DNA of 64,000 nt from positions 64,001 to 128,000 of the IMG/VR virus record IMGVR_UViG_3300009082_000016; one strand, 5' to 3'. This DNA comes from a virus. Position 1 is the first letter of the stretch. Each line of letters begins with the position of its first letter. The position numbers and the translations under genes are program-made. The notes beneath the pieces were generated by a model. The model searched no databases and had not been told where the DNA came from. It was given only the letters and a program-made list of their open reading frames with translations. Below are positions 49,259 to 57,003 of this stretch, one piece after another.

Positions 49259-50082
49259 TTCACCTTCTCCGTTTCCTCCCCCGTCTCCTTTTCCGTCGCC
49301 TTCAACCGCTCGCGGGCCAGCTCGCGCATCCTGTTCGACAGCGCCCCCTGGTCCGGCGTCGACACCTCATAGGGCAGCCAGTCGCGCTCGATGCGCTTGC
49401 GGAACGACGACCACGTCTCCCGCGTGTACCAGTTGCGCCCCAGCGCCCAGATGCCACCCGGCAGCGTGGTCGTCGGCGTGCTGCCCAGATCGAGGCTGCC
49501 GGCGATGCCAAGCACCACATCGATCGACGCGGCACGCATCTTCACCAGCGTGGTGTCGAGGCAGTGGATCTCCGGGTCGTGGGCTTCGCACTGCTCGGGC
49601 GTCGCCCGCACGTAGTACGCCCGGCACGACGTCGGGCGGGCCTCGTAGATCGAGCACTTCCCATCCTGGAGGAACAGGCAGGGCACCCGCCGCTCGTACC
49701 ACTCGGTGTGCGACACCTTCGCCTGCTCGTCGTGCCGTTGCCGGCACTGCTCCAGGAAGTCGCGCTTGAGCAGGTTGTGGTAGTCCAGGTACGCCGTGGC
49801 GATCAGCGCGTCGAGCGGGGAGACCACCACGGGGATGGTGCAGCAGCTGCCCGTGTGGCAGTCCTTGCAGGCCGGCTTGATGCCCTCCTTCTCGGCCGCT
49901 TCGAGAATCTTCGCGACCAGCTCATCGACGCCCTCGAGCATCACGATCGCCATGGACATCATCTTCCGGAAGGTGAGCGGCCCGCTCTTCCGGACTTCCT
50001 GGACCCCCTTCCGGACGGTCTTGTCCATCCGCTCGAGCTCCTCCTTGGCAATCGCGTCGAGAGTTGCTTGCTCCAATCCCAT
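49255..50082 (-). CDS. YkgJ-family Cys-cluster protein
   Basis: CKDCHTGSCC...PCLFLQDGKCSIYEARPTSCRAY. Confidence 0.85.
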   Translation of the reverse strand: MGLEQATLDAIAKEELERMDKTVRKGVQEVRKSGPLTFRKMMSMAIVMLEGVDELVAKILEAAEKEGIKPACKDCHTGSCCTIPVVVSPLDALIATAYLDYHNLLKRDFLEQCRQRHDEQAKVSHTEWYERRVPCLFLQDGKCSIYEARPTSCRAYYVRATPEQCEAHDPEIHCLDTTLVKMRAASIDVVLGIAGSLDLGSTPTTTLPGGIWALGRNWYTRETWSSFRKRIERDWLPYEVSTPDQGALSNRMRELARERLKATEKETGEETEKVK

Positions 50083-50705
50083 CCCGAAAACCTCCTCTTG
50101 GTCTGCTCCACCCGCGGATACCATGGCTCTACCACTTCTTCCGGGGATCGGCCTTGAGGCCCGTCATCCCGAAGATTCCGTGGGCCTGCACCGTTTGCGG
50201 ACACCAGCGGGTACTGCCCGGTGCCCCAATCGAATCGATCTGCTGGGTGTGGAGCACCCAATGCTGTTCCAGACGCTCGGCGGACACCGTAGTTCTGCAT
50301 CGCACACAGCAACACGGCCGCATCAAGGTAACCGGCGTCAACAGCTGATGCAACCCGGCGTTGTAGAACTCCTGACTGGAGTGCCGAAGTTCCTTGTCGA
50401 TCCCGTCCGACAGGCCCTTTCTTGCCGCCGCCAACGACGCCTCCCCGTCGTCTCTCCCCCCCGTGCGAGCTCCGGAAGTCAGCCCACTTCTTCTTGCCGC
50501 CCAGACGGACAGCAGCTGCAGTCTTCCTACCGCTCGACGCGCAACGACGGCATAGCGACCAGCCCTGCTAAACCTGGTCGCCTCGCGACAGCACCACTCC
50601 ACGGCCGACACGGACCCGTAAACCGTTTCCACCATCGTGTCCGCCGACAGCTGCTGGGTCACCTGCACCAGTCCGTCCTCCCTGGCTTCCTCCGGAGTCA
50701 TGCTC

Positions 50706-51068
50706 TCACCAGGGCTTCCCGGAGCGGCACACCTTCCTTCTATCCCACGGGCGCATGCCGGGCAAGAACTCGGCCCAGGCCACCCGCGGCGGCGCCACGT
50801 GCTTCATGTCGAATGGCGCCTTGCCGATGCGCCGGTCGACCTGCCGCAGGATGCGGGCGATCGTCTCGCGGCTGACGCCCACCATCCGCGCCACCCGACT
50901 CGCCGTCAAGCCGAACATGTAGACGGTGCGGAACACGAACTGCTCCCGCGGCGGCATCGAACAGAGCGCGGCGCAGAGCCCCACCTGGAACTCGAGGGGC
51001 ATGTTCTGGACCCACGGGGCGAGGGAACCACGCCGGCCGCGCTGCTTGGCGCCAAACATGTTCGTCAT
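50706..51068 (-). CDS. Sigma-70 region 4-like HTH protein
   Basis: ALCSMPPREQFVF...GLTASRVARMVGVSRETI. Confidence 0.7.
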   Translation of the reverse strand: MTNMFGAKQRGRRGSLAPWVQNMPLEFQVGLCAALCSMPPREQFVFRTVYMFGLTASRVARMVGVSRETIARILRQVDRRIGKAPFDMKHVAPPRVAWAEFLPGMRPWDRRKVCRSGKPW

Positions 51069-51430
51069 CCTCCACCTGCCAGCTTCTTCCCCTCTTCGCA
51101 GTCGCAGAGGATGTCGTTGGAGATGTGCCCCGTGTCGAGGCACTTCTCGCACTCCATGATCAGGAACTCCTTCCGGCCCCTCACGTCGGCGAGGTAGTCG
51201 GTGACCGCGTCCAGGAAGTTGGTCAGCCCCTCCATGCAGTCGTCATCGTCCTTGCTGAACTGGATCAGCTCCGGCCCCGGCGTCCCGTACTCCACGCCCC
51301 GGGCCATCTGGGCGCGGCGGAACCGGCCCGATAGCTCCAGCAGGCAGAGCCGCTGCTTCTTCCAGAGCTCAGGGTCGAGCTTCTTGAGAATGTCCTCGAT
51401 GGTCGCGAATCCAAGATCTCCACAAGCCAT
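51065..51430 (-). CDS. Hypothetical protein with C-terminal CxxC/CxC
   Basis: AAAGGAG SD; first gene after the RNA array. Confidence 0.65.
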   Translation of the reverse strand: MACGDLGFATIEDILKKLDPELWKKQRLCLLELSGRFRRAQMARGVEYGTPGPELIQFSKDDDDCMEGLTNFLDAVTDYLADVRGRKEFLIMECEKCLDTGHISNDILCDCEEGKKLAGGG

Positions 51431-51448
51431 GTGCTTCTCCTTTCCTAT

Positions 51449-51892
51449 GGTGGCTTCCAGCAGGGACCGGCCGAAGCCGATCCCTGCGACCTGGTGGCGT
51501 CAGTCAGAGGCTAGTCCGATTCCTGTCGCAGCTAGCCGTAACGATCCAGGGCATGCCGGAGTCCCACGTCAGCGGGCCCCTGCTGGAAACCACCTTCTGG
51601 ATCACAGGAGGGACCGGCCGAAGCCGATCCCGCATCCGAGACGCTAACCTTGCTAGCACGGCCACGCCTAAACGTGACTAGTGGAGCCCGTACCAGCCTT
51701 GCCGGAGTCCCACGTCAGCGGGCCCCTCCTGTGATCCAGAACGTCCCCTCCCCGAGGGACCGGCCGAGGTCTAAACCACGGTCGGTCCCGCGGGCTTGCC
51801 GGAACTAGGCGGGCCACACCTGCCCTTGCCTTGTTGAGGCCTTCCCCGAGATGCCGGAGTCCCGCATCAGCGGGCCCCTCGGGGAGGGGACG
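51449..51892 (-). ncRNA. Tandem array of three structured RNA cassettes (candidate guide RNAs, 5-nt-periodic variable cores)
   Basis: Units 51449-51594, 51595-51741, 51742-51892. Each has a unit-specific 17-18 bp closing stem, a shared 5' scaffold GGGGCCCGCTGAYGYGGGACTCCGGCA and a shared 3' hairpin ending GGCCGGTCCC (UUCG loop in two units). Confidence 0.85.
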
Positions 51893-51897
51893 TCGAT

Positions 51898-52530
51898 CTA
51901 CGCGGCCTCTTCCAGGATCCTGTTGAGCCGGTTCCGGATCCGCGTGAGCGCGGTGCGAAGCACGGGCAGCACCGTTCCCAGGAGCTCGGCCGCCCTGCGG
52001 TTGTTCTCGTACTTGTTGAGCAGGCCCTCGATGTCGTCGATGATCTCCCGGAGAAGGAGGGTGCCGGTGTTCCGCCTGCGGAGCCGTTCCACCGTGTGCT
52101 GGTAGGACTTCTTGCTCGTGGCCGAGGTCCGAACCGACACATTGCCGGTGACGACAATCTGGACCTTCTTGATCTTCACGACCCAGGCATAGCCCCGGGC
52201 CATGAGCCGCGCTTCCTGCTTCCACTGCTTCTCGGCCGCCTCGCTCCGGTTGGCCGTGAAGCCGACGGAGAGGTTCTCCTTCACCCACGCGGGGACGGGC
52301 TCACCATCGAATCGGCCGTCGCGCCAGGCCGCCACGATGTGGTCGGTCTCGACGGATCCGTTCGCCTGGGTGTTCAACCAGTCGATCGCCCTTCCGTAGA
52401 GCATAGCCTGCGCGTCGGTGTACACCGGCGTCCGTGACTGGTAACCGACGAGCGTCGCCCCTTCCGGCAGCTGGCCCGGCTGAACGACGTCCTCCTCGTA
52501 GCTGATGATCTCCTTCTTCTCCTGGGCCAT
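51898..52530 (-). CDS. Partner protein of the Cas7-like gene (210 aa)
   Basis: Start overlaps the Cas7-like stop (TGATG); stop is 5 nt before the array; HIVAAWRD...EAAEKQWKQEARLMAR helical motif. Confidence 0.65.
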   Translation of the reverse strand: MAQEKKEIISYEEDVVQPGQLPEGATLVGYQSRTPVYTDAQAMLYGRAIDWLNTQANGSVETDHIVAAWRDGRFDGEPVPAWVKENLSVGFTANRSEAAEKQWKQEARLMARGYAWVVKIKKVQIVVTGNVSVRTSATSKKSYQHTVERLRRRNTGTLLLREIIDDIEGLLNKYENNRRAAELLGTVLPVLRTALTRIRNRLNRILEEAA

Positions 52531-53198
52531 CAGCCTTCCTTCACCAGGCGCTTCGCTCCGGCGATCGTGAAAACGCCGTTGGCCTCGTGGCATCCCCGTC
52601 CCGGGCGCCCCTGACCCAACCCGATGAACTGGCCGGCATGCTGCACGATGCTCGCCAGGAGATCGAGGCTGACGACGTCCGGCTTGTGGATGACCGTCAC
52701 CCTCGTGTACCACGGCGGATTGAAGTGTGGACGGTACACGGTGGCGGGGAAGTGGGTGCGCGTCTCCTCCTTCTTGTCCTTGTTCCCACGGAACACGATG
52801 TCCTTGCTGCACATCTCGATGTCCTCACAGATGATCGGGTACACCCCACTCGGCACGCGAAACAGCCGGATGTTCTCGGCCGGAAGGTGGAGGATCTCCG
52901 TCGCCGCCTGGACGAAGCATCCATGGAACGCACCCGAAGGGATCCCGAACGGGTGCTTCTTGTCCCCCGTCAGATGCAGGCAGCCCTTCGCCTCATCCTT
53001 CGGGTCCAGCTTGGCCGGCTTGGGAGGGTAGGGCTCTCCCTTGCCGCGCTCGCTCATCGCACGCATGAAATCGGCCAGGGCTGCCCGCGGCTTCCCCGGA
53101 ATGAAAGGGGCCTCTCCCACGAGATCGAAGGCGGTATACCAGAGCTCGAGGGGCTTCAACTTGATCTCCACCTCTTCGGCCTGCATCTTCTTCGTCAT
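52530..53198 (-). CDS. Stand-alone Cas7/RAMP-like RNA-binding protein (222 aa)
   Basis: FDLVGEAPF (RAMP beta1), FGIPSGAFHGCFVQAA (IPxxxxKG-like helix), YRPHFNPPW, and C-terminal Gly-rich loop AGQFIGLGQGRPG...NGVF. Confidence 0.7.
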   Translation of the reverse strand: MTKKMQAEEVEIKLKPLELWYTAFDLVGEAPFIPGKPRAALADFMRAMSERGKGEPYPPKPAKLDPKDEAKGCLHLTGDKKHPFGIPSGAFHGCFVQAATEILHLPAENIRLFRVPSGVYPIICEDIEMCSKDIVFRGNKDKKEETRTHFPATVYRPHFNPPWYTRVTVIHKPDVVSLDLLASIVQHAGQFIGLGQGRPGRGCHEANGVFTIAGAKRLVKEG

Positions 53199-53206
53199 GT
53201 CCTCTC

Positions 53207-53491
53207 CTAGTCTTCGAGGTTGGCGATCCAGACGAGGCCATCCTCGAAGTGCTGCTCCCTCGCGATGCGGCAGATCTCCTGCCACACATCCTCGGGAATG
53301 CTGTCACGGTCCGACCCCTCTTCGTGGTCGAACGTAATGAACACGTCGCTGTACTCGCCTGGGACTTCGCCCTTCCGGTGCCACGTCGCGATCGGCTTGC
53401 CGGAGTTGAGCCAGTCCATGAAGTCCTTGCGCTGGTACCACTCGGAGGCGTCGATGCGGAGCACCCGCCCGACATACTTGAACACGGCCAT
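53207..53491 (-). CDS. Hypothetical protein
   Basis: MAVFKY start. Confidence 0.55.
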   Translation of the reverse strand: MAVFKYVGRVLRIDASEWYQRKDFMDWLNSGKPIATWHRKGEVPGEYSDVFITFDHEEGSDRDSIPEDVWQEICRIAREQHFEDGLVWIANLED

Positions 53492-53708
53492 CAGCGATCC
53501 TTCCCGTAGTACTCGAGGCACTCCTTGCACCGCAGGAACCCGGCATCGTCATCCTCCGGGTCGCCCTCGAGCACCGCGCCTCCCTGATCGATCTGGAAGG
53601 CACCGCAGACCGTGTCCTGGTCGTTGGACCCCTCGAACTCGCAGTCCTTGCCGCCGGCGCCGCAGTGCTTCCCCTCGAACCGGATGGTCCGCTTGGTCTC
53701 AATCTCCA

Positions 53709-54077
53709 TTAGCCCTCCTCATGCCACACCACCTTGATGCGGTATGTGGTCCCCTCAGGGGTCTCTGCCTCCAGGAAGGAAGGCCACCCATCGAGGGGCA
53801 CGGACTCGAAAATGAGCCGGCCGTCCAAGCTGATCTCGAAGGAGCCCCAGTAGTTGTGCTGACCCGAGCAGAGTTTGACGGACACGAAGGCCCCATCGTC
53901 CAACCTGACCGCCGGAGCCTCCCGGGTATCATCGTAGTACGCCCGGGTGCTCCCGTCCCTGGGGGCCGGACCCTTCCGCACCCCCTTCAGGTTCTCCGGG
54001 AACACGATGTCGATCAGCTTCTTCCAGGAACTCGGCAGGACAATCTCACCCCGAACGGGCTGGGTCTTCTTGCCCAT
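53709..54077 (-). CDS. Hypothetical protein
   Basis: GGAGG SD, tightly packed. Confidence 0.55.
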   Translation of the reverse strand: MGKKTQPVRGEIVLPSSWKKLIDIVFPENLKGVRKGPAPRDGSTRAYYDDTREAPAVRLDDGAFVSVKLCSGQHNYWGSFEISLDGRLIFESVPLDGWPSFLEAETPEGTTYRIKVVWHEEG

Positions 54078-54736
54078 CAGCCCTCCTCCGCGTCGTCGTG
54101 GATGAAACCGGAGCCGGCCGCCATCCCCAGCGTCACGTGGGCGCCGGAGTCGACCATCGCCCGCATCGCCTGGCCGAGCTCGAAGCTGCGGCGCACGTTG
54201 GCCTTCGCCTTCTCCCGGTCAGGGCCGGGGGAGTGGAACGCGAGCCGGATGTCGACCTCGCCGCTCGTACAGCGAGCACAACAGGCGGGCATCTTCAGCG
54301 TCGGCTCCGGGATGACGTCCAGCAGGAACCAGACGTCGTCCAGGCCCATCCCGTTGAACCCCGCCATGATCAGGGACGAGCCGATGCACTTGAGCTGCGA
54401 CTCGCGGTCAGCCGGGGGGATCGGCGCGGGCTCGGTCCTGTCGACCTTCTTGCCCATCATCTCCTCGAAGTAGCTGTCGGCCATCGCGGCGCCCATCGCC
54501 ACGTTGTCCACCAGCTTCTGCTTCCCCTCGGCGATCGCCGCGGCGGCCTCGCTCTCCAGCTCCACCTCGCGCTCCGCACCGGCACCGTAGAGCACCACGG
54601 TGATCCCGGCGTCCGCCAGGACGCCCTCCCACCGGAGTCCGTCCCTGATGCCTTTCCGCTGGAAGTCGAAGCCACACAGGGCGGCGTGCTCCAGGATCGA
54701 CATCGCCCCCTGCGTCGGGTCCTTCTTCTCCACCAT
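54077..54736 (-). CDS. Hypothetical protein
   Basis: 219 aa, tightly packed. Confidence 0.6.
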   Translation of the reverse strand: MVEKKDPTQGAMSILEHAALCGFDFQRKGIRDGLRWEGVLADAGITVVLYGAGAEREVELESEAAAAIAEGKQKLVDNVAMGAAMADSYFEEMMGKKVDRTEPAPIPPADRESQLKCIGSSLIMAGFNGMGLDDVWFLLDVIPEPTLKMPACCARCTSGEVDIRLAFHSPGPDREKAKANVRRSFELGQAMRAMVDSGAHVTLGMAAGSGFIHDDAEEG

Positions 54737-54938
54737 CAGCCCTCCTCGAACAGCGCCGCGACGTCATCGTGCGCGTTCCGGTCCAGGATCACCTGCTTCC
54801 GGGTCTGCTCTTCGACACGGAGCCGGTAGCCGTAGCCTCCTGCGGCCTCCGCCAGGCTGGCGAAGTCCCGGCAGAGCCCACGAGGCTCTTCCTTCGGCAG
54901 CCACAGGACGAACGTGTGCTTCCACAGCTTCTTCGCCA

Positions 54939-55538
54939 TCAGCCTACCCCCCCTGGCACTACGAAAGTCGGATCGAACAGGGCCAGGTACAGGAACACAG
55001 CGTCCACGATCGGTGCCGCTGTCTTCGGTTCGCGGATGTACCACTCCCAGCCGCAGTAGCCGAGGACGCACAAGCACCCTTCGGCCAGGTCCTTCTTCTC
55101 CAGGTACTCGCTGAACGCGAAGTACTTGCGGTCGATCTCGCCGGTGCGGTTGCTGATCACCCGCACGAGCAGGCCCTCCCAGTGGTCGTGGGTTCCATGC
55201 TCGGACAGCTCGATCACCGCAACGCGGTTGTTGTCCATGGGGATGAAGCCCTGCGGCCCGATCCACATGACGCACCCGGGCCACGGGAACGCCTCCCGCG
55301 TGAACCGCTGGCGTGAGCCTTCGGGTTCCCTCACGGCCCCCTTCTTCTCCTTCACGACCCCCTTCTTCTCCTTCACGAGGTACGACAAGGCCCCGCACTC
55401 GGGGCACTCGCAGGCAGGCACTTCCCCGCCGGGCTCGGTGCGCTGCTCGAGATCGGGGATGACGGCGTTCGCGGGGACATTGAACACCTTGCCACAGTCG
55501 GCGCACTCCGCCCGCTCCGGCTTCTTCTCCTTGCCCAT
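54939..55538 (-). CDS. Hypothetical protein with N-terminal Zn ribbon
   Basis: CADC...CPEC; VKEKKG tandem duplication. Confidence 0.6.
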   Translation of the reverse strand: MGKEKKPERAECADCGKVFNVPANAVIPDLEQRTEPGGEVPACECPECGALSYLVKEKKGVVKEKKGAVREPEGSRQRFTREAFPWPGCVMWIGPQGFIPMDNNRVAVIELSEHGTHDHWEGLLVRVISNRTGEIDRKYFAFSEYLEKKDLAEGCLCVLGYCGWEWYIREPKTAAPIVDAVFLYLALFDPTFVVPGGVG

Positions 55539-56002
55539 CAGCGCACCCCGATCACGGTGAGCAGGCCGAGATCGTCCATGAGGGCAGCCAAGCCCCAGGC
55601 ACTGTCATCGTCGGGCCCGTCCCCGCAGGTCCTCTCCCCCACGAACAGCAGCTGCTGGGACTTGTCGTCCGGGTCGTCCCGGCGAACCATGTCCCGGTAG
55701 TCGCCGTTGGCCCACATGTCGACGAACCGGTCCACGAGCTTGGGCGGCATCTGCTTCACCTTCTCCCGAACTTCCTCCAGCTCATCTGCTTCGGACTTCG
55801 GCCCGATACCGAGAGTCACGTAGCACCGGGCGGCGGAGCTGCTCGTGGCCTTCCCCCACTGGACCAGGAACTCCTTGAACTTCTCCGTCGAACCTCCCAG
55901 GTGCATCCGGAGCTCGGTGTAGAGCTTCTTCGCCTGACGGATCTTCACCCTATGCAGCTTGGCCGGGCCCTTGAGCAGGAACCCGCACAGGTCAGCTCCC
56001 AT
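55538..56002 (-). CDS. Hypothetical protein
   Basis: MGADLCG start, AAGGAG SD. Confidence 0.6.
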   Translation of the reverse strand: MGADLCGFLLKGPAKLHRVKIRQAKKLYTELRMHLGGSTEKFKEFLVQWGKATSSSAARCYVTLGIGPKSEADELEEVREKVKQMPPKLVDRFVDMWANGDYRDMVRRDDPDDKSQQLLFVGERTCGDGPDDDSAWGLAALMDDLGLLTVIGVR

Positions 56003-56003
56003 C

Positions 56004-56438
56004 TCAGTTCTCCTTCCTGCCGAATGCGGCGGTTGCAATCAGGATACCGGTCCCGATCTCGCGGACCTGCATCTGCCAGTGGCCGCGGCCCCACTTCTCC
56101 TTGGCCCGGCCGCGGGCGCCTGCCCAGGCGTGGGCCAGGACCTGGTGGGCCAGGCCGAGACGCCCCTTGTACCGGACGTCCCTCTCATCGATGGCCCAGT
56201 ACTCGATGATGGGCCCGCCGATCGCCTCCTTCAGCGAACAGAGGAAGGGCCCGTAGGTCTCCCCCGGCATCGACCAGAACGCCTCCGCCCCCACGGGCTC
56301 GAGGTCGATGCGCCGCTCCTGCTGCTCCTTCTGCGCGATTTCCGCCCGCTGCGGGCAGGGCACGCTCGGATCCTGCGGCGGGGCGCACTTGTACTGCCCG
56401 TTGTACGGGCAGCCGCTGCACTGCTCCCGCGCTGTCAT
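56004..56438 (-). CDS. Hypothetical protein
   Basis: Cys-rich N-terminus. Confidence 0.5.
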   Translation of the reverse strand: MTAREQCSGCPYNGQYKCAPPQDPSVPCPQRAEIAQKEQQERRIDLEPVGAEAFWSMPGETYGPFLCSLKEAIGGPIIEYWAIDERDVRYKGRLGLAHQVLAHAWAGARGRAKEKWGRGHWQMQVREIGTGILIATAAFGRKEN

Positions 56439-56670
56439 CAACCGCCGGCCTCGTCGATGCCGAAGCGGCATCCGCACTCGCAGGTGTAGAGGTCGATGTT
56501 CGTCTCGTAGTCGTACGAGCTGTAGCGGTACTCGCCACATTCGAGGAAGCCGGCCCTGAACGTCTTCCTCTTCGCCTTGGCGGCAGTATCCGAGTTGTCA
56601 TCGGGGACCACCATCCGCCAGCTTCGCTGCGTGATGTTCACCCTGCAACGGGGGCAATAGACAGGCTTCT

Positions 56671-57003
56671 TCATGCCGTGCCCTCTCCTTCCTCGGAATC
56701 GACGTTCTCATCATCGCCGGATTGGAACGGACGGTAGGGGTACAACGGGCAGGCCGGGCTGGTGCAGAGCCGGATCTCGGACCGCACCCAGCACACGCAC
56801 TCCAAGCAGAACGCCTTCATCGCCGCCGTGCGGCTCTCGCCGGACATCGCCCGGGCGTAGTTGTTCACGGCGGAAGGTGCCCGCTTCTCCAACTCCAGGA
56901 TGCGGTCCTGAACCTTCGGGTGGTCCAGCATGTTCTCCCGCTTCCTGACGCTGCGTCCCTTCTCGGCCAGCGCCTTCCGTGCAGCCTCGAGTGACTTGCT
57001 CAT
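56671..57003 (-). CDS. Cys-cluster conserved phage protein
   Basis: AMKAFCLEC...IRLCTSPACPLYPYR. Confidence 0.65.
   Translation of the reverse strand: MSKSLEAARKALAEKGRSVRKRENMLDHPKVQDRILELEKRAPSAVNNYARAMSGESRTAAMKAFCLECVCWVRSEIRLCTSPACPLYPYRPFQSGDDENVDSEEGEGTA

Noticed and set aside
51554-51878. Hammerhead ribozymes in the array scaffold (CTGA motif)
   Set aside because: No CUGANGA plus correctly placed GAAA core.
51449-51892. Canonical CRISPR array
   Set aside because: Two different constant blocks per unit, unit-specific closing stems, ~65-70-nt periodic cores and no cas1/cas2 do not fit repeat-spacer architecture.
51668-52288. ORFs crossing the RNA array
   Set aside because: Low-complexity off-frame translations with no SD; the array is rich in CTAG and inverted repeats, unlike coding DNA here.
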